DNA from: a virus
Reading direction: 5' to 3' (one strand)
Virus record (IMG/VR): IMGVR_UViG_3300045988_159113
Length of the DNA: 64,000 bases
Program-made: the position numbers and the translations under genes
The notes under the pieces: generated by a model
What the model was told of the DNA's origin: nothing
Seen by the model: only the letters and a program-made list of their open reading frames with translations
The model's database searches: none
Shown here: positions 1-7,121 of the stretch, in pieces
How positions within the stretch are numbered: the first letter of the stretch is position 1
Layout: each line of letters begins with the position of its first letter

Positions 1-93
1 GGAGCGCGTCGCCGGCGTGGCGGCTCACGCGTTAGCGTGAGTGGGCAGGCTCGGGACGGCGGCACGCGCGGAGTAAATCAAAAACATGATAAA

Positions 94-576
94 ATGAAAA
101 AGATAATAAATACAAAAATTGCCAATGATGTGTTAGAGTTTGAGAGCGGAGTAATCCGTAACTCAACAATAAACTCTAAATCAAGAATCCGTATTGCTGG
201 AACAGAAATAGATAATACACAGCTTGACGGAAAAGTAGTTCTTGAAAATAGTGTTGTAAAGGATTGCAAGATATCCGGACATACTTGTACTATTGATAAA
301 TCAACAATCACAAACTGCAACATTATCGGAGAATGCAGCTTCTTCGGTTGTGTAGTAAAGGACTCAACACTTTATAATGCTGAGATAAGAGTAGACCAAT
401 GCAGGATTTGGGCAGAGAAAAGCAATAAAGTTGTAATACCGACAAGTTTTGATGACGCATCCATTAAGATAACAAATGGATTTGTCGACATGACTTTCTT
501 CCATTATGCCAATAATGTTTGGAGTTTTAAAAAAGTAAAGTTGAGTGATTTTTTAAGAGATTACTATAAGTTGTGA
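94..576 (+). CDS. hypothetical beta-helix-type repeat protein (short PF1-like member)
   Basis: ORF track 37..576. I start it at the first ATG (94, MKKIINTK) because 37-93 lies in the GC-rich, non-gene-like leader. The body is a run of short strand repeats (NSVVKDCKISGHTCTIDKSTITNCNIIGECSFFGCVVKDSTLYNAEI). Confidence 0.55.
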   Translation: MKKIINTKIANDVLEFESGVIRNSTINSKSRIRIAGTEIDNTQLDGKVVLENSVVKDCKISGHTCTIDKSTITNCNIIGECSFFGCVVKDSTLYNAEIRVDQCRIWAEKSNKVVIPTSFDDASIKITNGFVDMTFFHYANNVWSFKKVKLSDFLRDYYKL

Positions 577-578
577 TA

Positions 579-596
579 AAATAGTATAATTGCAAC
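579..596 (+). promoter_or_regulatory. promoter-like 18-mer AAATAGTATAATTGCAAC (copy 1)
   Basis: Perfect TATAAT at 585-590 ends 9 nt before the mature 5' end of tRNA-Lys. TTACTA at 561-566 sits 18 nt upstream. Near-identical copies are at 1219-1236 and 29330-29347. Confidence 0.5.
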
Positions 597-599
597 AAT

Positions 600-673
600 G
601 AACCTGTAGCTTAGTTGGTTAAAGCATTACACTTTTAATGTAAGGAGCCTGGGTTCAAATCCCAGCAGGTTCA
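600..673 (+). tRNA. tRNA-Lys (anticodon TTT)
   Basis: Cloverleaf read by eye: acceptor GAACCTG/CAGGTTC, D arm GCTT-AGTTGGTTA-AAGC, anticodon stem TTACA/TGTAA with loop CTTTTAA, T arm CTGGG-TTCAAAT-CCCAG, discriminator A. No encoded CCA. Confidence 0.9.
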
Positions 674-689
674 CAAATTTCTTTGTTTT

Positions 690-718
690 CCCCTTAGCTC
701 TTAGGAGCGGGGGTTTTT
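690..718 (+). terminator. GC-rich hairpin plus T5 between two tRNAs (terminator-like or processing element)
   Basis: CCCC(690-693) TTA GCTC(697-700) TTAG GAGC(705-708) GGGGG(709-713), followed by TTTTT(714-718). tRNA-Leu starts 2 nt later. Confidence 0.4.
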
Positions 719-719
719 A

Positions 720-801
720 GTCGAGATGGCGTAATCGGTAGCCGCTGAAGTCTTAAACATTTCTGCTGTAAAGCGTGCGGGTTCGAGTCCCGCTCTCGAC
801 A
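720..801 (+). tRNA. tRNA-Leu (anticodon TAA), long-variable-arm type
   Basis: Acceptor GTCGAGA/TCTCGAC, 3-bp D stem GCG/CGC, anticodon stem GAAGT/ATTTC with loop CTTAAAC, variable arm GCT-GTAA-AGC, T arm GCGGG-TTCGAGT-CCCGC, discriminator A. Confidence 0.9.
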
Positions 802-1091
802 CAATTATTGCGGTTAACAACCGAACGTAACTTCCACACAAGCCTCTTGCATTAATAAAAGATGTAAAGCTAAACAGGTGTGCTGAATCCGAAAGAAATC
901 CGACGAAAAATTACGTAATAAGTAATCGGAGAGTAAATAGAGGAGTGAGTCTAATGTTGCGAAACTTAGATTTATCGTATAATGTCAGCATTTTTCGATA
1001 ACTTTATTGGAGAATCTTAAAAGTTATCATTTTTAGATAGGTAACAACGACTTTAAGGTAGATAGCCCTGTCTTGAAATCGTATAAAGGCT

Positions 1092-1163
1092 TGCCCTATG
1101 GTGTAATTGGCAACACGACAGATTTTGGTTCTGTAATTGGAGAATCGTACTCTTCTAGGGCAA
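1092..1163 (+). tRNA. tRNA-Gln (anticodon TTG) with non-canonical T loop
   Basis: Acceptor TGCCCTA/TAGGGCA (7 perfect bp), D arm GTGT-AATTGGCA-ACAC, anticodon stem ACAGA/TCTGT with loop TTTTGGT, 4-nt variable loop, T arm GGAGA-ATCGTAC-TCTTC. The T arm has A54/T58 instead of T54/A58 and A53-T61 instead of G53-C61, so a covariance model may score it low. Confidence 0.55.
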
Positions 1164-1218
1164 CACTATATATAATGTACACGCGTACATTATTATATAT
1201 ACTTGCAATTTATAAAAA

Positions 1219-1236
1219 AAATAGTATAATTGCAAG
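1219..1236 (+). promoter_or_regulatory. promoter-like 18-mer AAATAGTATAATTGCAAG (copy 2) inside a 9-bp inverted repeat
   Basis: 17/18 identical to 579-596. TATAAT is at 1225-1230 and TTGCAA at 1203-1208 (16-nt spacer). CTTGCAATT (1202-1210) and AATTGCAAG (1228-1236) are exact reverse complements. Confidence 0.45.
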
Positions 1237-1388
1237 AACGCGTGGAGAGTCTCTCCACTCTCCACTTCTCACCTCCTTTTTAAGTGTAATAGTCAGCTAT
1301 TACACCTACCTCGGCCCCAAAAATTCGGGGCGAAAATTCCGCAACTTTTTTCGTAAGCAAAAATGCATCTAGTCCTTGTATTTTGTGC

Positions 1389-1427
1389 TAGATATTCTTG
1401 TCATACTTTGTATGACAAGAATATCTA
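1389..1427. repeat. perfect 18-bp inverted repeat with 3-nt loop
   Basis: TAGATATTCTTGTCATAC-TTT-GTATGACAAGAATATCTA. It lies in the non-coding gap before the first PF2 gene. An A-run follows it on the + strand, so it is not a classical terminator. Confidence 0.8.
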
Positions 1428-1483
1428 AAAAAGGCTAATTGTATTATTATCTATACTGTTTGAAGATTTAAAAATTTTAAGAT

Positions 1484-2131
1484 ATGAAAGAAAGAAACAT
1501 AACTGTTTCCCTTTCTCAGGCTAGGGATTGGTTTAATAGTGGGAACGAGCAACTTCAAGAGCTTGCATTGCAAGTTTTTGATAGGAAAGAGTTGACAAGT
1601 GACTTTAGGCATATTGTGACTTTCAAAGATGCTTGTGAAGCTCTTGGTCTTAGGTATAGCTTTAGTCGCACGGATAGTATTATTAGAACTTTCAGTAGAT
1701 CTACTTCTGCTATGTACAAATTGAATATTATAAGGCAAGCTCTCAATTTAGGTTGTGATTTGAGTCTTACAAGAGACCCAAAGAGTTCGTACCTTTATTA
1801 TCCTTACAATCCATTTATGACTAGTAGTTCTACTTACTATGATAGTGAGCTCAACTCTGGTGAAATGGAAGTAATAGGTAAGATTAAGAGTGAAGGAGAG
1901 GAATATAATATTCTCGGAGGAAAGGCTATTAATGGTAGCGACGGTGGTTTGGGTGGTTTCTGTTCTGATGATGGTATTGGTTTTGCTTATACCAATTTTG
2001 GCTTCCTTGGCTGTGCGTCTAAAGAAATTGCCAAGCATTTCGGCAAGTACTTTGGAATGCTTATCACAACTGCGAAGTACGCTGATATTATTAAGGACTT
2101 CGAGGTTATAGAATCTAAATATATTATCTGA
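1484..2131 (+). CDS. hypothetical protein, paralog family PF2 (copy a)
   Basis: ATG ORF, 215 aa. Clearly paralogous to 2348..3004. Shared blocks: QAR.WF.SGNE.L.ELALQ.F, LNIIR.ALNLG, YLYYPYNP, GCA.KEIA.HFGKYFGMLIT.AKY. Confidence 0.8.
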   Translation: MKERNITVSLSQARDWFNSGNEQLQELALQVFDRKELTSDFRHIVTFKDACEALGLRYSFSRTDSIIRTFSRSTSAMYKLNIIRQALNLGCDLSLTRDPKSSYLYYPYNPFMTSSSTYYDSELNSGEMEVIGKIKSEGEEYNILGGKAINGSDGGLGGFCSDDGIGFAYTNFGFLGCASKEIAKHFGKYFGMLITTAKYADIIKDFEVIESKYII

Positions 2132-2132
2132 G

Positions 2133-2246
2133 ATGAGATTTTTAATATCAATTGTCGTAGGTGCTTTTGTTATAGCAGCTTCTGGCAGTCCATTTTGGGG
2201 GTTTGTAGCATTCTTTGTCTTTTGGGTGATATCCGATAATGACTAG
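2133..2246 (+). CDS. candidate mini-membrane peptide (37 aa)
   Basis: Below the ORF-track size cutoff. ATG lies 2 nt after the PF2a stop. MRFLISIVVGAFVIAASGSPFWGFVAFFVFWVISDND: one hydrophobic span plus an acidic tail. Stop is TAG. Confidence 0.35.
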   Translation: MRFLISIVVGAFVIAASGSPFWGFVAFFVFWVISDND

Positions 2247-2347
2247 ATTGTTATTTTTCCTTATAGCTTTTTATTTTAATGTCTACATATTTACTTTTTC
2301 CGTGATATGTTGGCTATTAGTTAAAATAGATTAAAAAAAACAAAGAT

Positions 2348-3004
2348 ATGAAAACAAAAATAACTATCACTTTGGATCAGGCTAGATCTTGGTTTAGGAG
2401 TGGGAATGAGGAGCTCAGGGAACTTGCTCTTCAGGCATTTGGTAAAGATGCATTAGTGGGTAATTTTAGAGACATTACGACTTTCGAAAAGGCTTGTGAA
2501 GTTCTCGGGCTTCATCATATTGCTCCTAATATTGATTTTATTGCCACTATGAGTGTAGCTTATGCTGCTATGTTAAAATTGAACATTATTAGACGTGCTT
2601 TGAATTTGGGCTACGACATGCATTTTGCAAAGAATCCAAGGAATTCCTTTCTTTACTATCCTTATAACCCTTTGGCAACAATACCTGAAGGTTGTAATTA
2701 CTATAAAGAACAGATCAACTCTGGTATTTTTCAAATAATAGGTAAGGTTAAGATTGAAGGCGTTAAATATAACGTACTTGGTGGCGGTATTACCTATGAT
2801 GTCAATAGCGGCTTAGGTGGTTTCAATTATCAGACTGGCATTTGCAGATGTAGGAGTGAAGTCAGCTTGTTTGGTTGTGCAACAAAAGAGATTGCCGAAC
2901 ATTTCGGAAAGTATTTCGGAATGCTTATCACCGAGGCAAAATATGGTGATTTGGACTTCGAGGTTATAGAATTATTTAATTTTAAATTTCACGAAAATGG
3001 GTGA
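2348..3004 (+). CDS. hypothetical protein, paralog family PF2 (copy b)
   Basis: ATG ORF, 218 aa, paralog of 1484..2131. Preceded by the conserved A-rich leader AAATAGATTAAAAAAAACAAAGAT. Confidence 0.8.
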   Translation: MKTKITITLDQARSWFRSGNEELRELALQAFGKDALVGNFRDITTFEKACEVLGLHHIAPNIDFIATMSVAYAAMLKLNIIRRALNLGYDMHFAKNPRNSFLYYPYNPLATIPEGCNYYKEQINSGIFQIIGKVKIEGVKYNVLGGGITYDVNSGLGGFNYQTGICRCRSEVSLFGCATKEIAEHFGKYFGMLITEAKYGDLDFEVIELFNFKFHENG

Positions 3005-3077
3005 TTGTGTTTGGTTTTTTCTTGTAGTAGGCACATTTATAGTTGCATTTATTTTAAGTGCATTTATGGATGATTAG
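2997..3077 (+). CDS. candidate mini-membrane peptide (26 aa)
   Basis: ATG overlaps the end of PF2b. MGDCVWFFLVVGTFIVAFILSAFMDD: hydrophobic span plus acidic tail. Same position relative to PF2b as 2133..2246 has to PF2a. Stop is TAG. Confidence 0.3.
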   Translation: MGDCVWFFLVVGTFIVAFILSAFMDD

Positions 3078-3309
3078 GAAGTTCTACATGTTTGGTTATT
3101 ACTGCATGGAAGATATCACTTTTAAGGTTGTGCGTAGTCCTCACGGTTTAACGTACAACCTTATGTGTTATTATTACGATGATTTTCGTTGGTTCCAGTG
3201 TGGTATATTACTAACCAATTCAGAAGGTGAGAGATATGAGTGTTATGATTACGAAGAGGCCATTGGTGAGGTCAGATATAACAATGATCCGCTAGGTGTC
3301 CATGGTTAA
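3070..3309 (+). CDS. hypothetical protein
   Basis: ORF track 3058..3309 (GTG). I prefer the first ATG at 3070. No recognisable motif. Confidence 0.45.
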   Translation: MIRKFYMFGYYCMEDITFKVVRSPHGLTYNLMCYYYDDFRWFQCGILLTNSEGERYECYDYEEAIGEVRYNNDPLGVHG

Positions 3310-3411
3310 AATGGGAGATGCGTCCTATTCATGGTATGTCTTATAACATGGAATATTTCTTTCCCAGTGTGAGAGATAAATTCAAGATATAAATAGATTA
3401 AAAAAACAAAG

Positions 3412-4191
3412 ATGAAGATTTTAGAAGATTGTGAGATGATTGTGGATGGTCATATTCTCCACAGGATTCAGGCTGACCGTGACATACCGTTTCATGGCGT
3501 CAAGGTTGGTAATATAGGTGGTTGGGTTGAAAAACCCAGCAATCTACAAGACGATGCATGGGTTACTGGCTACCTGTATGGTGATGCTGTAGCCGATGGC
3601 AATGCATTGATTGAGGGCAAGGTATTTGGTAATGCTTACGTTCAGAAGAACGCAAGGATTGGTCAGTATGCCAAAGTTTTCGACAATGCGAATATTGGTG
3701 GTGATGCGCAGATTAGTGGTCATGCTGTAGTGTGTGGTAATGCTAGAGTCAGTGATCACGCTGTCATTATGGATTATGCTGTAATATGCGGCAATGCTAA
3801 GGTATATAGTGGCGCCAAAGTGTACGATTTTGTCACTGTTAGCGGTGATGCTTGTATTTTCGGTGATTCAAGTCTTAGGGATAATGTAATCGTTGAAGGT
3901 AATGTTACAATAGGCAATCACGTCATCATCAAGGATAGAGTTATTGTTAAGGGTTATGGCTACATAACCAATTATACCCATATTGAAGGCAACTTGGTCA
4001 TAAATGGTGAAGATCCTGATTTTCGTCTGTCTTTCCCTTGTACTTTAAAAGGTAAGTGTGAGATTAAGAGCAACGATGACATTATCTTCATTACCAACGG
4101 TGAGATGAGTTACGTGTACATCAAGCCAATGAACAAGGGCTTTGGTAATCCTGCCGTATTACAAAAGGTAAGAGAACTATGTATAGGATAA
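3412..4191 (+). CDS. beta-helix (hexapeptide-like) repeat protein, family PF1
   Basis: 259 aa. N-terminal block HRIQA..F.GVKVGNIGGWVEKPSNLQDDAWV, then about 25 tandem repeats of the form [GD][ND]A.[VI] spaced 5-6 residues apart. Paralogs at 4179 and 7118. Confidence 0.8.
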   Translation: MKILEDCEMIVDGHILHRIQADRDIPFHGVKVGNIGGWVEKPSNLQDDAWVTGYLYGDAVADGNALIEGKVFGNAYVQKNARIGQYAKVFDNANIGGDAQISGHAVVCGNARVSDHAVIMDYAVICGNAKVYSGAKVYDFVTVSGDACIFGDSSLRDNVIVEGNVTIGNHVIIKDRVIVKGYGYITNYTHIEGNLVINGEDPDFRLSFPCTLKGKCEIKSNDDIIFITNGEMSYVYIKPMNKGFGNPAVLQKVRELCIG

Positions 4192-5060
4192 TAGAGAGCG
4201 CCGTGCATAACGGTCACCTACTCCACAGAATAGAAGCCATGAGTACCATGTGTTTTGGTAATTTTATTATCAAACCTGGTACCAAGGGTGGTTGGATTGA
4301 GAGTGAAAGCAACCTGGGCGAAACTGCCTGGGTTGCTGACAATGCCATGGTTTACGATGACGCTGTTGTTAGTGATCATGCTGTGATCTACGGCAATGCT
4401 GTTGTCAAAGACTGCGCAAAGGTGTATGGTTATGCGAAAATAGGCGATAAGGCCATCGTTCGTGATCACGCTAAGGTTTTCGGGAATGCGAGAGTTATAG
4501 GCGAAGCTATCGTTAGTGATGAAGCTGTTATCTCTGACTCTGCCACTATTATGGAATCTGCTATTGTTAGTGATAAGGCAAAAGTGTTGTGCCATGCTGT
4601 CATCACTGATGAAACCACCATTTGTGGTGAGGCTGTTATTGGTGGAAATACCAACATTAGCGATAGTGCTACTGTTTACGGTAAGGTTATGGGTTATGCC
4701 ATGGTATATGGTAATGCTCGTGTTAACAAGAATGCGAGGATTAGTAATCATGCTATAATCTATAACAACGCTTGTATAAATGGTAAAGTAGGCGGCAGTG
4801 CTGTTGTAGCTGGTGTTGTCTACGGATCCGTGAAAGGCAGCTGTACTCTTGGTCCCGATGTCATTATTGGCGAAAACGTGGATTTTGACTGTAGTGTCAG
4901 CATCTCTGAAAAACTAGCACTGGAAAGCAACGATGATTTCGTATATGTTCGTTGTGGTTCTGGCAAGTTCTTGTATGTTAAATCAAAAGACCGGTTTTTC
5001 GGGGAATTCCCAAATAGGGATGAATCTGAGAGAATTAAAAAGATAATAAAAACGATATGA
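4179..5060 (+). CDS. beta-helix (hexapeptide-like) repeat protein, family PF1
   Basis: 293 aa. HRIEA...FIIKPGTKGGWIESESNLGETAWV, then GNA.V/DHA.I repeats. Start overlaps the previous stop by 13 nt. Confidence 0.8.
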   Translation: MYRIIESAVHNGHLLHRIEAMSTMCFGNFIIKPGTKGGWIESESNLGETAWVADNAMVYDDAVVSDHAVIYGNAVVKDCAKVYGYAKIGDKAIVRDHAKVFGNARVIGEAIVSDEAVISDSATIMESAIVSDKAKVLCHAVITDETTICGEAVIGGNTNISDSATVYGKVMGYAMVYGNARVNKNARISNHAIIYNNACINGKVGGSAVVAGVVYGSVKGSCTLGPDVIIGENVDFDCSVSISEKLALESNDDFVYVRCGSGKFLYVKSKDRFFGEFPNRDESERIKKIIKTI

Positions 5061-5368
5061 AGGCTTTAAGAAATTCAGGTTATAGATACCTGAAGTATAG
5101 AGTCTATGGTAAACCGTTGGGTTATGGTATATTGGGCGCTCATGTATCCGATAATACCATAACCCTTTCGCTTATTATAAAGGATAACAACAGGGAAAAT
5201 ATAATCTGGAAGAGTGCAGAACGAGAGTTTCACGATTATCAATCTTGTGTTGATGCCATCAAGGATTGCGAAGCTGAGATTTTTGATAAGTCTCCTATCG
5301 CTTTTCAGATGAACAAAGACGTGAGATATGATTTCGAGGAAAATCCAGATGTTAATTGTGAAATATGA
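5057..5368 (+). CDS. hypothetical protein
   Basis: ATGA-coupled ORF, 103 aa. No recognisable motif. Confidence 0.65.
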   Translation: MKALRNSGYRYLKYRVYGKPLGYGILGAHVSDNTITLSLIIKDNNRENIIWKSAEREFHDYQSCVDAIKDCEAEIFDKSPIAFQMNKDVRYDFEENPDVNCEI

Positions 5369-5937
5369 AAAGATTCATTATAAAAAACGCAGACGGGACT
5401 CAGCAGTATGTGATGCCTGCTGTACATGATACAAGAAAAAAAGCTGAGGAAACTTTGATGGGTTACATCCATAGCCGCAACAAATTTACTGAGGAATATT
5501 TGTCTTTGTTTGACTTCATTATTGAAGTGGAAAAATGTGATGAACCAAGTAAAATCATTCCAGACTTTGAACAAGCAAAACAGGTCATAGGCTCTGCCGA
5601 ATTTGTTCTTGCAAAAGAGTCTTTTTGTTTTCGCGATGTTGAGATTAATTACAAACACCTGACGTCTTTGATTGCCATAAACCAATTATTTAACATTGCT
5701 GAAGCATGGAATAAGTTAGATGAGTTCGTGCCTAATCTCTCGAATAGTTCTCAAAAGAAATGGTTTCCATGGTTCAAATATAGCAAGAATACCGAAAGAT
5801 TTGTGTATGCTGGCGTAAGTTGTTCGCCAGTAAGTATTACTGCAGATTTTGGTGTTCATGTCTGTTTTAAATCACGTGAACGCGCACAACAATTTGGAAT
5901 GCAATTTGTTGATTTATTCGACAAAGCGTTCCAGTAA
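5365..5937 (+). CDS. hypothetical protein, paralog family PF3 (copy a)
   Basis: 190 aa. Shares MK+[FY]IIKN.DG..Q.VMPA.H.TRK.A, IPDFE.AKQ, LF.IAEAWN.LD.FVPN.SN...KWFP and CFK.RERA.QFG.QFVDL with 5950 and 6531. Confidence 0.8.
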   Translation: MKRFIIKNADGTQQYVMPAVHDTRKKAEETLMGYIHSRNKFTEEYLSLFDFIIEVEKCDEPSKIIPDFEQAKQVIGSAEFVLAKESFCFRDVEINYKHLTSLIAINQLFNIAEAWNKLDEFVPNLSNSSQKKWFPWFKYSKNTERFVYAGVSCSPVSITADFGVHVCFKSRERAQQFGMQFVDLFDKAFQ

Positions 5938-5949
5938 CAAGAATAAGTT

Positions 5950-6534
5950 ATGAAAAGATATATTATCAAGAACGAGGATGGTACTACACAAACAGTAATG
6001 CCTGCAATTCATAATACTCGCAAGGAAGCATTGCTGACTATCTTGCAATATGCAACTGAAGTTGTAAAACGTGATAAGGATGATAGTCGCATTGAAATTC
6101 CTGTGGACTATATGGTTGATGAAATTGATGAGGTGGATGCGAATGATTGTATACCAAATTTCAAAGCTGCAAAACAGCTTATAGGATCATCAAAATTTAT
6201 TCTCGCAGAAGATTCATATTGTTTTTCAGGTATTGAATTTAACATTGTACATACTAGAGCACTAGTTGCATTAAATAAGTTGTTTACTATTGCGCAAGCA
6301 TGGAATATGTTAGATAATTTTGTGCCGAATTTTTCAAATTACGAACAATGCAAGTGGTTTCCTTGTTTCGAGTATAATAAGGATACTAAAGAGTTTGTTT
6401 TTGATAAAGCGCGTTATGCACTTTCATATACTAATGCGCCTACTCAACTTCGCCTTTGCTTCAGAACAGAAAAACGTGCGGAGCAGTTCGGAAGACAATT
6501 TGTTGATCTTTACAACCAAGTATTTTTGTTATGA
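5950..6534 (+). CDS. hypothetical protein, paralog family PF3 (copy b)
   Basis: 194 aa, same blocks as 5365..5937. Confidence 0.8.
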   Translation: MKRYIIKNEDGTTQTVMPAIHNTRKEALLTILQYATEVVKRDKDDSRIEIPVDYMVDEIDEVDANDCIPNFKAAKQLIGSSKFILAEDSYCFSGIEFNIVHTRALVALNKLFTIAQAWNMLDNFVPNFSNYEQCKWFPCFEYNKDTKEFVFDKARYALSYTNAPTQLRLCFRTEKRAEQFGRQFVDLYNQVFLL

Positions 6535-7121
6535 AAAAATATATTATCAAAAATAAAGACGGTAGTGAGCAGACAGGAATGCCTGAATTTTATGACACTC
6601 GTAAGAAAGCATGGTTGGCTATCTTGGACTATGTGGAAGACGATAGTCATATTGAAGACTATATAGTCGAAGAGGTAGATATGAAAGATGTGAACGAGTA
6701 CATAACAGATTTTGAAAAAGCAAGACAAGTACTTGAACTTAAACCAAACATTAGTTTTAGTGTTATTAATGATTTAAGAAGAGATAGTGCTGTATTGCAT
6801 GAAAAGATTTCAAGATTTGCAAAAGAGATAAACCCAAAGTATCTTGATGCACTGATTGCTTTGAATAAGCTATTCACTATTGCTGAAGCGTGGAACAAAT
6901 TAGATGGCTTTGTGCCTGATTTCTCTAATTGGTCACAAAACAAATGGACTCCATTGTTTGGACAGACAACTTCAACTAAGAGATTAAAGCTCTCTACAAC
7001 TTGTATGTTTACTGAGGTGAATGAAAGTTTCGGTCCTCGACTTTGCTTCAAAACACGTGAACGTGCATGGCAGTTTGGAACTCAGTTCTTAGATTTATAT
7101 AATCAAGTATTTTTGTCATGA
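6531..7121 (+). CDS. hypothetical protein, paralog family PF3 (copy c)
   Basis: 196 aa, ATGA-coupled, same blocks as 5365..5937. Confidence 0.8.
   Translation: MKKYIIKNKDGSEQTGMPEFYDTRKKAWLAILDYVEDDSHIEDYIVEEVDMKDVNEYITDFEKARQVLELKPNISFSVINDLRRDSAVLHEKISRFAKEINPKYLDALIALNKLFTIAEAWNKLDGFVPDFSNWSQNKWTPLFGQTTSTKRLKLSTTCMFTEVNESFGPRLCFKTRERAWQFGTQFLDLYNQVFLS

Noticed and set aside
37-93. GTG-initiated N-terminal extension of the first ORF
   Set aside because: The extension is the GC-rich foreign-looking segment. The first ATG at 94 has the usual A-rich leader.
600-1163. One of the three tRNAs as the amber suppressor
   Set aside because: The anticodons read TTT, TAA and TTG. None is CTA. A suppressor, if any, must lie outside this window.
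1073-1372. 99-aa + strand ORF in the tRNA/hairpin region
   Set aside because: It runs straight through the tRNA-Gln cloverleaf, the promoter-like 18-mer and three hairpins. Its composition is low-complexity, and it has no coupling to neighbours.
4218-4751. Long antisense ORFs inside the PF1 repeat genes (4218..4751, 3544..3759, 7253..7540, 7553..7825 on the minus strand)
   Set aside because: They mirror the hexapeptide repeat DNA of well-supported + strand genes. They are a composition artefact, and no other minus-strand gene exists in the window.
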